Source: Catajapyx aquilonaris
Lineage: Eukaryota
DNA length: 34,799 bases
Assembly (NCBI GenBank): GCA_000934665.2
Contig: JYFJ02005688.1
Coordinates: 1-34,799 of the forward strand
Reading direction: 5' to 3'
In this document: one piece after another, positions 10,901 through 23,303 of the stretch
Layout: every line of letters starts with the position of its first letter
Position numbering within the stretch: position 1 is the first letter of the stretch
Program-made: the position numbers and the translations under genes
Notes under the pieces: generated by a model
Database searches by the model: none
The model's input: only the letters and a program-made list of their open reading frames with translations
Told to the model about the DNA's origin: nothing

Positions 10901-13038
10901 CATTTAATCGTACCTCATTTGGAGTACTCTCGTTAGGGTAGGACAGTAGCACATTGTAAGGCACTATCTGGACTTGATCAAATCCCGCCCGTTTGAAATG
11001 GCTTTCTAGCCATTGGGCTTGCTCCAAATCTTCAGGTGTTCCCGCCAAATGCGGCTGACTTGTCAGATTTCTGCAAGAATATCGGCATGTGAAACCTTCA
11101 GGCCAAGACGTGCACTACAGGCGTTAATGGTGCCTCGAAACTAGGCTATCGGTTAAAGACACGTCAAAAATTAAGTAGCCTAGCTTTCTAGGGTCTACAA
11201 CCTCTAGGATTCAGTTTGTCTCCTTAGCAACACTACAGAAACAAATCGATACACGAAGAATCCCTGAGGGATGACACCTGTTGAATAGTACTGTGCAAAT
11301 AACATGTGCTATAAAGTAGAGACGTTTGGCAGAGATACACATGTAAGATTTACACCCACTGTAAGTATCCAGAAATGGATTCAGCATCCACTCGGGAAAA
11401 GAGGTCAGCATCGCTGACCGCTAAAGGAGTTGTTGTTACGAACGCGTGCGGCACACGCTCCGGAATCATGGCATAGTGTCCCAACAGCATCCCTGTTCGT
11501 AGTCATACGAGAAGGAAAAAAGCACACAAATAATATCCAATCAATCAGGAGTCTATTTACAGCTACGGCGCGGCGCACCAATATTCTAGCGTGGGTGGAG
11601 AAGGAGAGAAGTATTCACACACGATTTATTGACCTTTTTGAGAAACCTAGGAAGCTATAATTATGTCCACATTCTCACTGTATATTCCAGTTGTGGTGCA
11701 GTACCGATTGCCTTGCACCAACATAATTATGACGCACGCCACTGGATGCTATTCACTGTATAAGCTAACTAATCAGACATGTTTTCCCGTCCTTCACGCA
11801 TGATATGAGAGATAATCATAAGCAACAAACGGCGTCATTAGCAATACGACATAATAGACTTATTACGGCTCCATGCTGGGAATAATGCACGCAATGATTG
11901 GTCCTCTTGAGGGCTACAAGTTGGGCGGCTAGGGAATAGTGCAGTATTTACACCGCAACGGGCCAAGGCTACCGGAGACGAAGAGCTGTAAATAATATCT
12001 CCGTTCTTTTCCTAGCTATGTCCATTATATGGTCAGGTTTAATGCGGAAACGGTAGTTGAATCAATTGGAACGACGCCGACGCGGCAATTGTATATGTAA
12101 ATCACGGAAATTATGAGCAATGCACAATACAATAGGGATGATGGGACGTTGCGGAAAAACAAACCAGTAAATAATACCCAGCATAATCCTGCTAATAATT
12201 CCGTACTCTACTGCAACTGGTTTGCACATGCACGCATTTCATACCGGTATCGTCTTCATGTGCATGTTATTGTCGCATGTTCGAATTTTTACTACGTACT
12301 AAATCATAAGATAACCATTTTTGCTGCAGTGACTTTCTATAGTATCCTCGTTGTCAATATCTGTAACGAAACAGAAAATACTAAGAAAAAAAAAAAAACC
12401 TCCACATGACATAATTATATTCGTCCTTACGTCGGATTCATGTAGCAATCCCATAATATACGCAGGTCACAGGGGTTATGCAAATTGAAAGTCCCCATAA
12501 TGCAATTCAAAGTCAATTAAGAAGTTGTAGTTCATACATTTTGACATAATATTACACAAACTCCGGATTCCCAGGCTAGACTCAGAGGATTGGGTCATAA
12601 TATCTAATCAAACTAATATTATTTTGCAGGGCTGATATTTTAGTAGTAATGTGCGGAAAGAAATGTCTTTAAAATCGTCTCTCCTCCTCCTCAATTCTGA
12701 GAAAAAGTTTTGAGCTTCCCGAAAAGTAGCTGCAAAATTAACGCAAATATTTGCATGCATTAACAACTGGAAAAACACTTCCTAATCTTATCACATATAG
12801 CTGGTGTCACCCCCTGACCGCCACTGATGTGGCGCGAATTTTGAACGACTCATGCAAGGGACATTGTCCTCCCAGTCAGGTAAAGACCACCAATAAAAGA
12901 AATGAAAACATACGTACCGACAATGATACCAATTATGAAGGCCGCCAAAACAGCTGAAATTAGAACCTTCCTGGGCACGACTCCCATTGGCTGTCCAAAT
13001 TCGCGACCATCCTCGTGAATATTCAGAGCTCGGTTCAT
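7953..13038 (-). CDS. Paralogue 2, alternative isoform B (~755 aa) with a different first exon and TM anchor
   Basis: Exon 12918-13038 ([41 protein letters not shown], donor G|GTACGT) and exon 11360-11492 ([13 protein letters not shown]...[14 protein letters not shown], donor CA|GTGGGT) join in phase to shared exon 10914-11070. Total 2268 nt, in frame. Confidence 0.75.
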
Positions 13039-16000
13039 GTCCGAGTAGTACGGGACTGTCGCGCGCTGAGCAAGTAAGCACCTTGGAGCACAGCTGCGAC
13101 CACCTCGTTTTTGTGAGCAATGGCAAATGTGGAGGACATATGTTTTACGGCGTGACTGTGTTCTAAGTATCGACCAGGTGTATACGAGGCCGGGCGTGCC
13201 ATTGGTCGCTACCCCAGCCGAGCAGTTGAGGATTTTGTAGTGCTTTACGAGACCCTCCAAAGACCGATGTTTACGATTCATTACTCAGAGGACAAGCTAT
13301 AGGGCATATCCCTTCAGATGAAACGGAATCCATGAAACCCTCATAATGTAACACGACGCTGGGGGTTGTCGCCATTATCATGTTACTTTGACTAATGTCG
13401 AGGCTTGTTTGCCTGGCTGTCCCGGTGAAGATGCTCTACTAGTCTACATAATTGAATGGATCGGATGCTACAGTATAGATGGCGACGAAAATCGAAAAAA
13501 TTGAGCTTATATCGGAAATGTTCAGAGTACACGCCATCTTTCCCTGTAAAAAAGTAATGAAACAAACGTTCAACAGCAAGTTAGATCTGCAACGGTGAAA
13601 ATCTCGCGCACAATCGCCTCTGTTGCCATATCATCAATTGCGGAGACTACTACTGGAAAGTCTATTAAACAGGCGCTTGTATTATGTGTCAAACAAGTTT
13701 TTCGGACAAAAGTATCCACCTGACACTGTACAGCAGTGGTTCTCAACATGTGGTACGCCACGCGTGCGACTTTCAGGGGGTAGTACGCGAGCAGCGCTGA
13801 AGGGAAAAACAACAGAGAAATAAAATGATGTGGGAAATTTCGAGGCGACTTGGATTATTATATATATATATATATATATAATAATCCAAGTCGCCTCGAT
13901 TATTATATATATATATATATAATAATCCAAGTCGCCTCGAAATTTCCCGCATCATTTTATTTCTCTGTTGTTTTTCCCTTCANTATATATATATATTAAT
14001 AACCGCGGAATGTGGCCGCAGAATGAGGTAGGGGCGTTCGCGTGTGTGGTTAAGGCCTTTTTTTCGGGTGCATTTTAGCTTTCTCTCTGCACAAACGATG
14101 TGCTTTTCGGCACAAACGGGCACGAACGAAGCACAAAGATTGCCTTGATCGAAAAACTGATCGGAAAACTGTCATTCTTTCCGTTTTTAGAAAGTTTTGT
14201 GGAGGAAAATGAACTTGAGCTTCATTGTTCTGTTGTCAACGACATAAAAGAGCATTGCCTGGGATTAATAACCGACTTTGGCGAATATTTTCCTGATGAT
14301 TTAACCAGCGAGTTCTGGATTCGAGACCCTTTCTGTGCCGTGGACGACGCCAGTTTACCGGACTCCTTATCGACGACAGAAAAAGAATAAATTATTGAAC
14401 TATCATGTGATGACACCCTCAAGTCCAGTTTTAAAAAGACATCTTTGACCGACTTTTGGCTGCAGCGATTGAACGAGTTTCCTCATATCGCTAATCACTG
14501 CATGAAGTTCGTCATACGGTATTACGGTACCTTTCTCGACAACATATCTATGCTGTGAGCGTGGTTTTTCATCCATGGTGTACCTAAAGAATAAGTACCG
14601 CAACAGACTATATGTTTGGAGCCGGACCTCCGCTTGAAAATTTCAACTGGACATCCAGACATAAGGAAACTGTGTCGAGACATGCAAGCATAGCCTTCGC
14701 ACTGAAATACTGATGATTATCTCAACTTCAGAACTAGGAATCAGGTATTTTTTATCATACCATTTTGTGTTTTGGTTTATTAATGATTTCATGTCCGATG
14801 TTTGTTTTTTTTAATTAAGCCTTCAATAAAAATATCAATTCTGCATTCTTTCGACAATATAATATTGTTATTTTCATTTGATATTTTCAACTGATCATAT
14901 CGATTTTAAATAAGATATATTGTTTGGAAAAACTTGGGATTCTTTAAATATAACTTATTAAAACTGCCCAACTAAAAAAATCCACCAGGTAGTCAAAAAT
15001 GTTAAAACCTATTATTTTTGAACATGTTATCGTGGGGGTACATTCGACTTTTAGTCATGGTCAAGGGGTACAATGTGGGAAAAGGTTGAGAACCACTGCT
15101 GTACAGTGTAATAATAATAATAATAATGGATACCCCGTGATAGGCCTTGGGCCTCTTAGGGGATCATCTTTTCGTGAACCGTCTTTAATCATTGCCTGCG
15201 TGTGATGGATTTTGAATAGTGGGAGGAAACGGGAGAACCCCGAGAAAACCCACGCGAACACGGAGAGAACCCATCGAAACTCTATCCACATAAGCATCCT
15301 TTGCGCGACCCGGGGATCGAACTCGGGACCTTAGAGGTGGAAGGCTGTGGCACTAACCACTCCGCCACCGTGTCGCCCCACTGCTGTACAGTGTACACTG
15401 AAACTTGCAGCACTCTACCAAGGTGAAGCTTATTCTTTCCCCTACTCAACTAGAGTGACGATTGCATAGTGCAAGAATACGTTTATCCTACCTTTTTAAA
15501 TAGTACAAAACTTACGGTACGTGTTTTGTATATTTTTAAATTCCTTACATGGTAGCAGCAGAATTAGTCATTCGAATTACGCGTACCTTTACCTGGAAAG
15601 GATAATTGCGCCAAACACACGCGAAACCTTGTCGACGTTTCCGTGTCGCCGTATAGGTTTGCATTGCCTATATAATTGGTACGTGGAAAATAATTCAATA
15701 TGTACGGAAATATTTGTGGTACATTTATTTTTGCAGAATGGCGAAAGACTATACGTGTTAAGTTGTATGTACACTCCGACGGGCAACAAAAAAGAAATGT
15801 CACTTTTATACTGGTTTCTCATCTTTCTAATTTTCTTTCCCGTGAGTAATTCATTGTTACTACTCTTAGCATTCAAAATCCTATCTCGTAATGAGCACAG
15901 CCAAAATTAATTACACTTAAAAATATATTCCTACCCTTCAGTCAAGTAATTACTGCCGCGAGAGGAGGTTGACGTCTCTCCAGGCAGTAGTCATTTCAAT

Positions 16001-19000
16001 TAATATGATTTCCCACTAGATACATAATGACAAGTGATTACTTTGCGTTTCTTTTGCTTGCTTTTGCTTGCTCTGGTGTTTGAAGTTACTGTGTATGTAC
16101 TGTACTGTGTACAAACTGTGCTCAAACCCCGAAAATGGCCATTGGGCGAAAAAACCGTCCAGCAGATTGAGGAATGCCCCATGTCAAACCATCCATTCCG
16201 CGGAATGGTCGCTTTAAAACCATGCATTCCGTGGAGTGGTCGTTTTTAAAACAGCCCGACCCCGAAATGCTCTTTTTTAAAAGACCAGGACGCTTTCTGG
16301 ACTTGTCAGGACGCGAATTTCGTGTCGTGATGGCTGGTTTAGAAAACGCAGATGACATGTTGTGGCAGTTTCTTGTTTCCCACTATATTCCCAGTATATT
16401 TACTAGTACTTAAATTTTTTTGTTACTGCATTTGTAATGGAGAACTCTTTGGTAAAAAAATTATATCTCCTGTTTGAAGGGTACTTAAGCATATGTGAAC
16501 ACCGTCATATGTGAAGACCTATACAGGGTGTATCTGAACTCAGTGCCCCGACGTATATGACTGCCTTCCTAGCTATATTACTGCCTTCCTAGCCTTCCTA
16601 GCCACCAGTCATATGTCTGGGCAGCCTCATTACGGAGATAATTGGCCGCAAACATGTAGTACAAAATATCCTGTCGGTTAGGCCACCCATCGAACCCTCC
16701 CCCAGTCAGAAGGCTCTGGAAGGTCTGGGGGTGGGACTTTGTTGGTTTGTTGCCCACAGGTGGTAAGGCCTCTTTGGCTAGTTACACCAGAAAATTCGAT
16801 TTAAAAGTCAGAAGGAGCGATTAGGCAAAAATCGCTAAAGAGTGTATCTCAGTAATGAGGCTGCACAGACATATGACTCCTACACTTAAATCGATCCTCT
16901 GGTGGCTAGGAAGGCAGTCATATACGTCGGGGCACTGAGTTCAGATACACCCTGTATAATACCTTCCTCATCCACTTCGCGCTTGTAAGGTGGGGTAAAT
17001 CTAAGAAAAATCACAAAATGTAACAACCCAATTTGACACTCTCAATCTACTGATGGGCACAAAAAATCAGGTGCAAACTTTGGCTTGAGAAATGGCACAC
17101 ATAGCAGCATGTAGGCTATGCAGTAAATTGTGTACACTTTTGTCAGCATGCATGGGAATTTCAGGGACTTAGAATACATGACCCACCCAACAGAATGCCA
17201 TTGACTAACAAAAAATAATTAATAGCCCACCCTGTTGCCTGCTTTATTCCATCAAATACACCCTCCTATTTGTCCTGTACGAATTAGGTCAGTGAGATCC
17301 TGTCATGTGCACGAGTTTATATCCAATGTTTAAATGGTAGCCCTAAGGCAAACAGTTTCATATTTCTATACTTTTACCATGGTGCTGCTGTGGCATCATT
17401 CCCATCTGTTGAAGCTCTACCTCAAACAGAAATCATTTACACATTGTGTATCTCTGCCAAGTGGCAATGCAGGGGTCCAATTTCTTGCATGAGCTACCCA
17501 GCCATGTACAGTACACTACACTGCCACACATACTCACTTCAGGAATAGCGAAATGGACTTGGCATCAACTCCATCCATAATCCACTGTGGAACTTTGGGA
17601 TTGGCTTCTTGTACCAGGAGGGTAGGAAGTTTCATATCCTCATTCCATTGGGTCAAGAAGAGTGCATAACCAGCAAGAAAGCCCAGGGTCACAGAAACAG
17701 ACCCAACACATATTAGTGGCAACCATTGCAATCTATTACTCTGCTTGCGAGGCCTAGTAAATGTGGTAGGGAACAAAATTGATATCAGGGGGTTGACATA
17801 AATCAAAATACAATGCTGTCTGAACAGTATATTATTAAATGTTCACAAAAATGTAAGCCACTATCTCAGTCACCTCCCAATTTCAGAAAGGCACTGTGTG
17901 GAATGTTGCACATGACGTACAGTCTGTTAAACCAAAGAACGATATGGCGTCACATTCAGCCGGCCTCCACCTGCTTCCCTCCCATCATGTCTCTGAATCG
18001 CTCTGCAAGCCTACTACTGTTCATGCTCAGAAAACATGGCTGGTGTGACGCCACATCGTTCTTTGATTTAACAGACTGTATATGATGTGCCAACAAGAGG
18101 GGGGGGGGNGGGGAGAGGGAGAGAGAGAGAAAGGACAATGGGAGTTTTGCATGTAAGCCATTGGCCAGCAATGAAAAGATAATGAAATAATGTTTCAAAA
18201 GTCAGCTTAATTAGTATAAGTGGGAATCCCGCAAATGCTTGCCTTCCTCATTCAAGTTGGCAACGTGGCTGAATTTCATGCAGTCTATATCACCTTTTGT
18301 CAAGGTGGCAGCTTGGTTCAGAATAGGGAGGTGAGAATTTGAGGTATGGTACCAGTATTTCTATAAATACCTGATAAATACAGACCTAGACTGCATTTTT
18401 AAACACAGGGTAAGTTACAACAATTATTGTAGCCCACACAGCTGCAGCCTGCTGTCAATGATGTTATACATTGGTTACATCAGGTCACATGATACTTGAT
18501 GAGCTGAGCTTCCAAGCAAGACTGTGACTTTATTTAAACGTGGCCTTCACACACTTTGTATTTTGAAGAGGGCAGCATTTAATGGAAACATTTCAACATC
18601 TCTTGAAAAGTGTACATTATTATTGATGCAGTGAAACCTGTATGCATCTGAATTCCTAAAAGTTGTTTCAATTAACAAATATCTATTACAGAGGTCAATA
18701 CTAAATGTAGGACAAGAATTTAAGGCAAATTAGCATATCTCTGAATTACTGACCTAGAACAGTCATTCAGGGCCTGTTCACAGTCCTTTGGGTGATATGG
18801 TCAAGTCTACTGAAAGCACATTAGGAATTCAAGTTACTAAATTTCCATCAAGTGGAGTTAGTAGCTGGAATTAGGAACATGCCTGCACAGTAAAGAAGAA
18901 GTCAGCTGGAATACCCCTCGGCCAATTTTCTTCTTCACTGCACTGATGTATACCTAATTCCAACTACTAACTCATGTCCATGAAAAGAAAGTGTCACAAA

Positions 19001-20971
19001 CAATTTCAAGCAAGTCAGGAGGTATGTCAGTCTTGTCGGGCATGAATAATAATCTGCTAATGTGCTCCCCCCCCCCCCCNCCCCCCAAATGGCCCCCAAA
19101 TACCAAATGTGCAGAAAGTGCGGGCCCAAGCTGTAATTCAGTGTGGGATACATGAGAAAGCATCAGCATATATCTGACATGTGGGTCCCCAAGTTATGGC
19201 TGACAATAATACAGTAATATTTCCCATGCAGTCAAGGTTTTCATTACTGATGAATCAAAAAATACTCTCTAATGCAGTAGCATTAAACTAATTCCCTTAC
19301 ATCTAACAACAATGCAAAGTTATATCTTGATGCTGGGACAACAAAATTTTTCCACAGCCGACGTGTTTCCATTACTACCAGGGTCTGCTACAGGCACGTT
19401 TCACTTCATTAATTTAAAAAATACTTGTGCGCTAGTCATAGTCATGAACATCTAAAGCCAATAAAAGTTAACTACTAACTCATTTACATAAATTATGTAC
19501 GGTAATTTGAGTTGTGAAATTATTTATTTTCTGAAAGTCCTTGGTATCAAACCAACCTACATACTTTGAAATGATTTGCAAGGCGGTCTCCTCACTAATA
19601 CGTGGGTCATTGGAAAATTATTGGCAACACTGCTGTAATTTTCGTATCAGTATGGGTACACACTTGAACATTTCACATTCCATAGAGGTAATCCTCAGCC
19701 ATTTTTATGCCATTTTTTCCATATCCATGCTGGAAAGCTTCGAATGCTGTCAGATTCCGTTTTTTGTCGAGGCATCAAGCTGAGACCACCCTAAGACATG
19801 CTTCCCTCTTACAGAAATGAAAGCCATCTAAGGGTTCCTTCATTTTTGTAGTTGATTGTAGTTACATGTACTCATGTCAGATGAATAGGGAGGATGTTCC
19901 AACAGCTCCCATTCCCATTTCTGAAAAAAAAATCCGAACAGCGATGGCCACATGACAGCAAGGGTTGTCATGGAAGACAATGGGTCCCCTTTGCAACAAA
20001 TCCTTCCTCTTAAGGCGAATTTCTGGGCAGAGATGATGTTTGTAATTATGGTATTGATGCTGCTTTCCAATTACCATTGCCAATTCCATGCAGGTCCATA
20101 TCCAACAGAGTTGTCACAGCTACGACATGGGTCGGGTCTGTTGCAGTACGGCAGGGGGCCTTTTTTAAAAGCTTGTACGAACCTCGCAATGGCACAATAC
20201 GGGAGGCAGAGTCATGACACATCTGCACAATAACTTTATGACGCTGTCTGGCAGATTTTCCATGTGAAACAGAGATCTGATGAAGCAGGGATGTCTTAGG
20301 GCGCTCACGTAAATGGGAACACTTTGAACAGGCACTGCTCCGCACATACTCCTGCGACTGCGTCGCAAATGGTACAGTAGGGTGCCCCAGGGCTGACTCT
20401 AAAAGTACCCCCGCGAGCATAAAGATGGAGACGGCAGGCCCTTTTTTGACCTTTCTTTATCCGACTCAAATTAATGAACTCTTTTGGGACCAAGTTAGCT
20501 GCATCAGGCGTGTGTTCGTGTATTTATGACAGTATATTTGATACCATAATAGCTGCAATTGGCAGAGCAGCCTGCCGAAGGTGAGGGCCTGCCGTCTCCA
20601 TCTTTATGCTCGCGGATGTACCTATCTGCATTCGATCCTGGCAGCCTGGGGTGCCCAGTGGTAACAGTGTTGCCAATAATTATCAGACAACCCTTGTATA
20701 TAAGTAGTACTTTGCAGACTATAAATCTTTGCAGATTGTGTTACTATTCTGTAAAAATGGCCTACCTATGCTTCATATGTGCCAGCAAACTGTCAAAAGC
20801 ATCTTCCTCCTCCTCATCTGAAGTGTGGTCAGCCCCATGAAGAGCTGCAAGGGTCTCCTGGCTGTTCGTGAGCATCATGAGTGGCATAGATGACAGCCTG
20901 TCAGAATCCACAAATGTTGGCTCCCTTGATCGTTGTCTTGCACTTCGGGGCCTTGCGTAGTTCTCTGTCAT
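7953..20971 (-). CDS. M28B NAALADase / GCPII-like type II membrane metallopeptidase, paralogue 2, isoform A (~811 aa)
   Basis: Exons on -: 20766-20971, 17538-17753 (TM), 10914-11070, 10724-10852, 10415-10537, 10177-10360, 10028-10118, 9800-9966, 9613-9735, 8986-9301, 8825-8915, 8518-8764, 8375-8459, 8221-8316, 7953-8157. All introns are GT-AG and the total of 2436 nt is in frame. Motifs: [71 protein letters not shown]. An AG at 20977-20978 suggests a further upstream exon, so the ATG is less certain than the rest. Confidence 0.9.
13734..15098 (+). mobile_element. Internally deleted hAT (Buster/Charlie-type) transposon with a decayed transposase C-terminus
   Basis: TIRs CAGTGGTTCTCAAC / GTTGAGAACCACTG and 8-bp TSD CTGTACAG (13726-13733, 15099-15106). 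14100-14704 encodes [39 protein letters not shown] and EPDLRLKIS...MQA*PSH with stops and frameshifts. Confidence 0.92.
15111..15377 (-). mobile_element. tRNA-derived SINE with V-domain (V-SINE-like), (ATT)n tail
   Basis: Minus strand: A box TGGCGGAGTGG, B box GAGTTCGATCCC, V-domain-like GTGTTCGCGTGGGTTTTCTCGGGGTTCTCCCGTTTCCTCCCA. 18-bp TSD CCACTGCTGTACAGTGTA at 15093-15110 and 15378-15395. Confidence 0.9.
16524..16954. mobile_element. Tc1/mariner-type MITE
   Basis: ~50-bp perfect TIRs beginning CAGGGTGTATCTGAACTCAGTGCCCCGACG, flanked by TA. Confidence 0.92.
17904..18095. mobile_element. Short fold-back MITE
   Basis: ACAGTCTGTTAAACCAAAGAACGATATGGCGTCACA (17919-17954) is inverted at 18044-18079 with 2 mismatches. 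Confidence 0.7.
19601..20696 (-). mobile_element. Decayed, internally deleted mariner transposon
   Basis: Imperfect TIRs sharing AATTATTGGCAACACT, flanked by TA. Minus-strand remnants of the N-terminal HTH ([11 protein letters not shown]...[13 protein letters not shown]) and catalytic domain ([24 protein letters not shown], cf. HPPYSPDLAPxDY). Confidence 0.85.
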
Positions 20972-22407
20972 CACCGCTATTCAAACCATAATTGTGTCAT
21001 TACTTCCCAGTGGAATAGGGTACAGTAACACCACAAACAGTACCTTTGGCCAATCTAAGGGCCAAATAAATTGCTAAGCAAAATTGTTCATAAAAACATC
21101 AAAAGAGAAGAGCAAACTTCTTTTTTTTTTTTTTAAGGAAGGGTCCATGACTGTTTCTATTGGTCTAATGGATCACTACATTGTAGATCCACAGATATGG
21201 TAACAATTTATGTTGTCAATTTATGCCAGGTTGTGGACATACTGTATATTTGCACAAAAATGACCTTGCATTACAGAAAGTCACTGGTCTACGAACGAGG
21301 ACGGGGTTATGTTCCTGAGCATGTATGTAAGTTGGATTTGTACATAACTCGGATCCCTGATGAAAAGTGCATATCCGGTAATAATAACAATAGCTGCTAA
21401 CGTAAAGATACTGCGCCAACACACCGTTTAAGTCATGTGGGTTTGTTTACATGTGCGGAATAAAGTAGTTCTAAAATAATTTATAAATTATACAGTATTT
21501 TTGTTGAAATTGGTGTTGGTCAACGTATGCAGAGGTGATTGAGAGTGGAGGATAACTATAAATGATCCTTATGACTTATGAGGAGCCTTGGAAGCCCGTT
21601 CCTAAGTATGGATCGCCGTAAGTCTGGTTGTTTGTAAACCAGGGACTTCCTGTATTATTGTAAAATAATTGCTGAAAAATGCCTTTTAACCTCAATTAAG
21701 TCTTACTTTCAAAAACGAGTAAAAGTAAGTTAAACACATAATTTTACAATGGAGTACTGATATGGTCAAGATGAAAAGGTATAAATGGCTGGTATTTATT
21801 GAATTTTAAAAAGTAACAGAACTGTTGCAACACATTTTTTGTTGCATCTGCATGCTGTCTGCTGCATTCCAAGCAGAAGACCATAAGTAAAAGCCATTTA
21901 CAAAATCTTATTTTATCTTCTGTAGAGTACACATGGTGGTAGAAAACACGTGCATTTGCTCCCAGACTGAATTCCATTTGAATTCCTAAGGCAATAAATA
22001 ATCAATCTGACTTAGATAATTTCAGCTACTTTGCAGAAATAATTATTGCATATCAATTTTGCTTGTTACTATTGCATTTGTACCATTTTGGTTGTCATGT
22101 GAATGACGGAATATCCTGCTTGTCAGACCAACCAGCTGTCACATTATGATTATATTATTATTTCCATAAAGGGAATCCAAACTTGCCATACTCAACTACA
22201 ACATTTTTCTGTTAGATATGTCAGCCCATATCTGCCTCCCATTTGTGTAACCAGCTGATAACTGAGTCAGTAACATTCTTCTCTGATCTAAATATCAGCT
22301 AACTTTTGGAATATCCTGTGTAAGAAGACACATGCACCAGAACAATAATACATCTACTACTTGTACATATTTTCTTTTACTTTTAGGAAAAAATATAATG
22401 AGTTTGG

Positions 22408-22732
22408 GGGGGAGGCGGAGTGGTGCTGCGGTAACGTATGCACCCACGGATGTTAAGGTCCCGGGTTCGATCCCAGCCCGGGGACACCCCCTTCATCTCG
22501 TGCAGAATTCATTGGGTCACCTCTGGCTTCGTCTCGGGTGGTATTTCCAACAGACTAAACCACCCGGGGGAGTTCACTAAAAATGGCCACATAGAGACAT
22601 TGCACTGCACCTTGCGCATCCCCTCCTGTCATCCTGCCCGTGGGCCCGGGCGTTACATATAAAGGTTCCGATGTATGAGTATAAAATAAAGGTCCGTGCT
22701 ATATACCTCAGATGAGGTCAAGCACTACCCGG

Positions 22733-22795
<63 letters not shown>
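22408..22795 (+). mobile_element. tRNA-derived SINE with (ATT)n tail
   Basis: A-box-like TGGTGCTGCGG, B box GGTTCGATCCC, (ATT)~21 tail, 15-bp TSD ATATAATGAGTTTGG at 22393-22407 and 22796-22810. Confidence 0.92.
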
Positions 22796-22800
<5 letters not shown>

Positions 22801-23303
22801 ATGAGTTTGGTAATTATAGAGGTGCTTTAAAATGTGGTGCATGATACAAAATGTGACTGGGTCCAAAGTCCAGGCAAATCTGTATGGTACTAAGGGGTTA
22901 ATAGTATATATGTAGTTGTGCTCCCACAAATCTGCAGTAATTAAATAATAATCACTAATGATCCTAATTAATATATCACGATCATCATTTCTGGGCATGC
23001 TTGTCCAAGGCTGCATCATACTTCCTATGCTACAAATGTGACGCAGTTTCCGCATATTACCTGCTCTGTGAAAATTTTCACTAAGACATTCAATCAATGA
23101 TTAGCTAGAGTGCTGTGTGTGCTATAGACAGTGACTACCGAAATTATTTCTCCAACAATAGGGTAGTGGGTAGACTATCTACATAAAAATATTTACATCA
23201 ATATGCTATAAAAACAGTAGGAGCCATTAGAAAACGATCATTTTTAGACACATTTCAAGGATTAGTTAATTTGTGGAGGAATTAGAGAGTCTATACTTTA
23301 GAG

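Noticed and set aside
13798..13983. Long inverted repeat with (TA)n cores inside the hAT element
   Set aside because: It ends exactly at an N (13983) and pivots on (TA)n, so it is most likely an assembly fold-back artefact.
16034..16249. ORF with a signal-peptide-like start ([16 protein letters not shown])
   Set aside because: It begins at GTG, is antisense within an intron and runs into a 32-bp tandem repeat; no recognisable homology.
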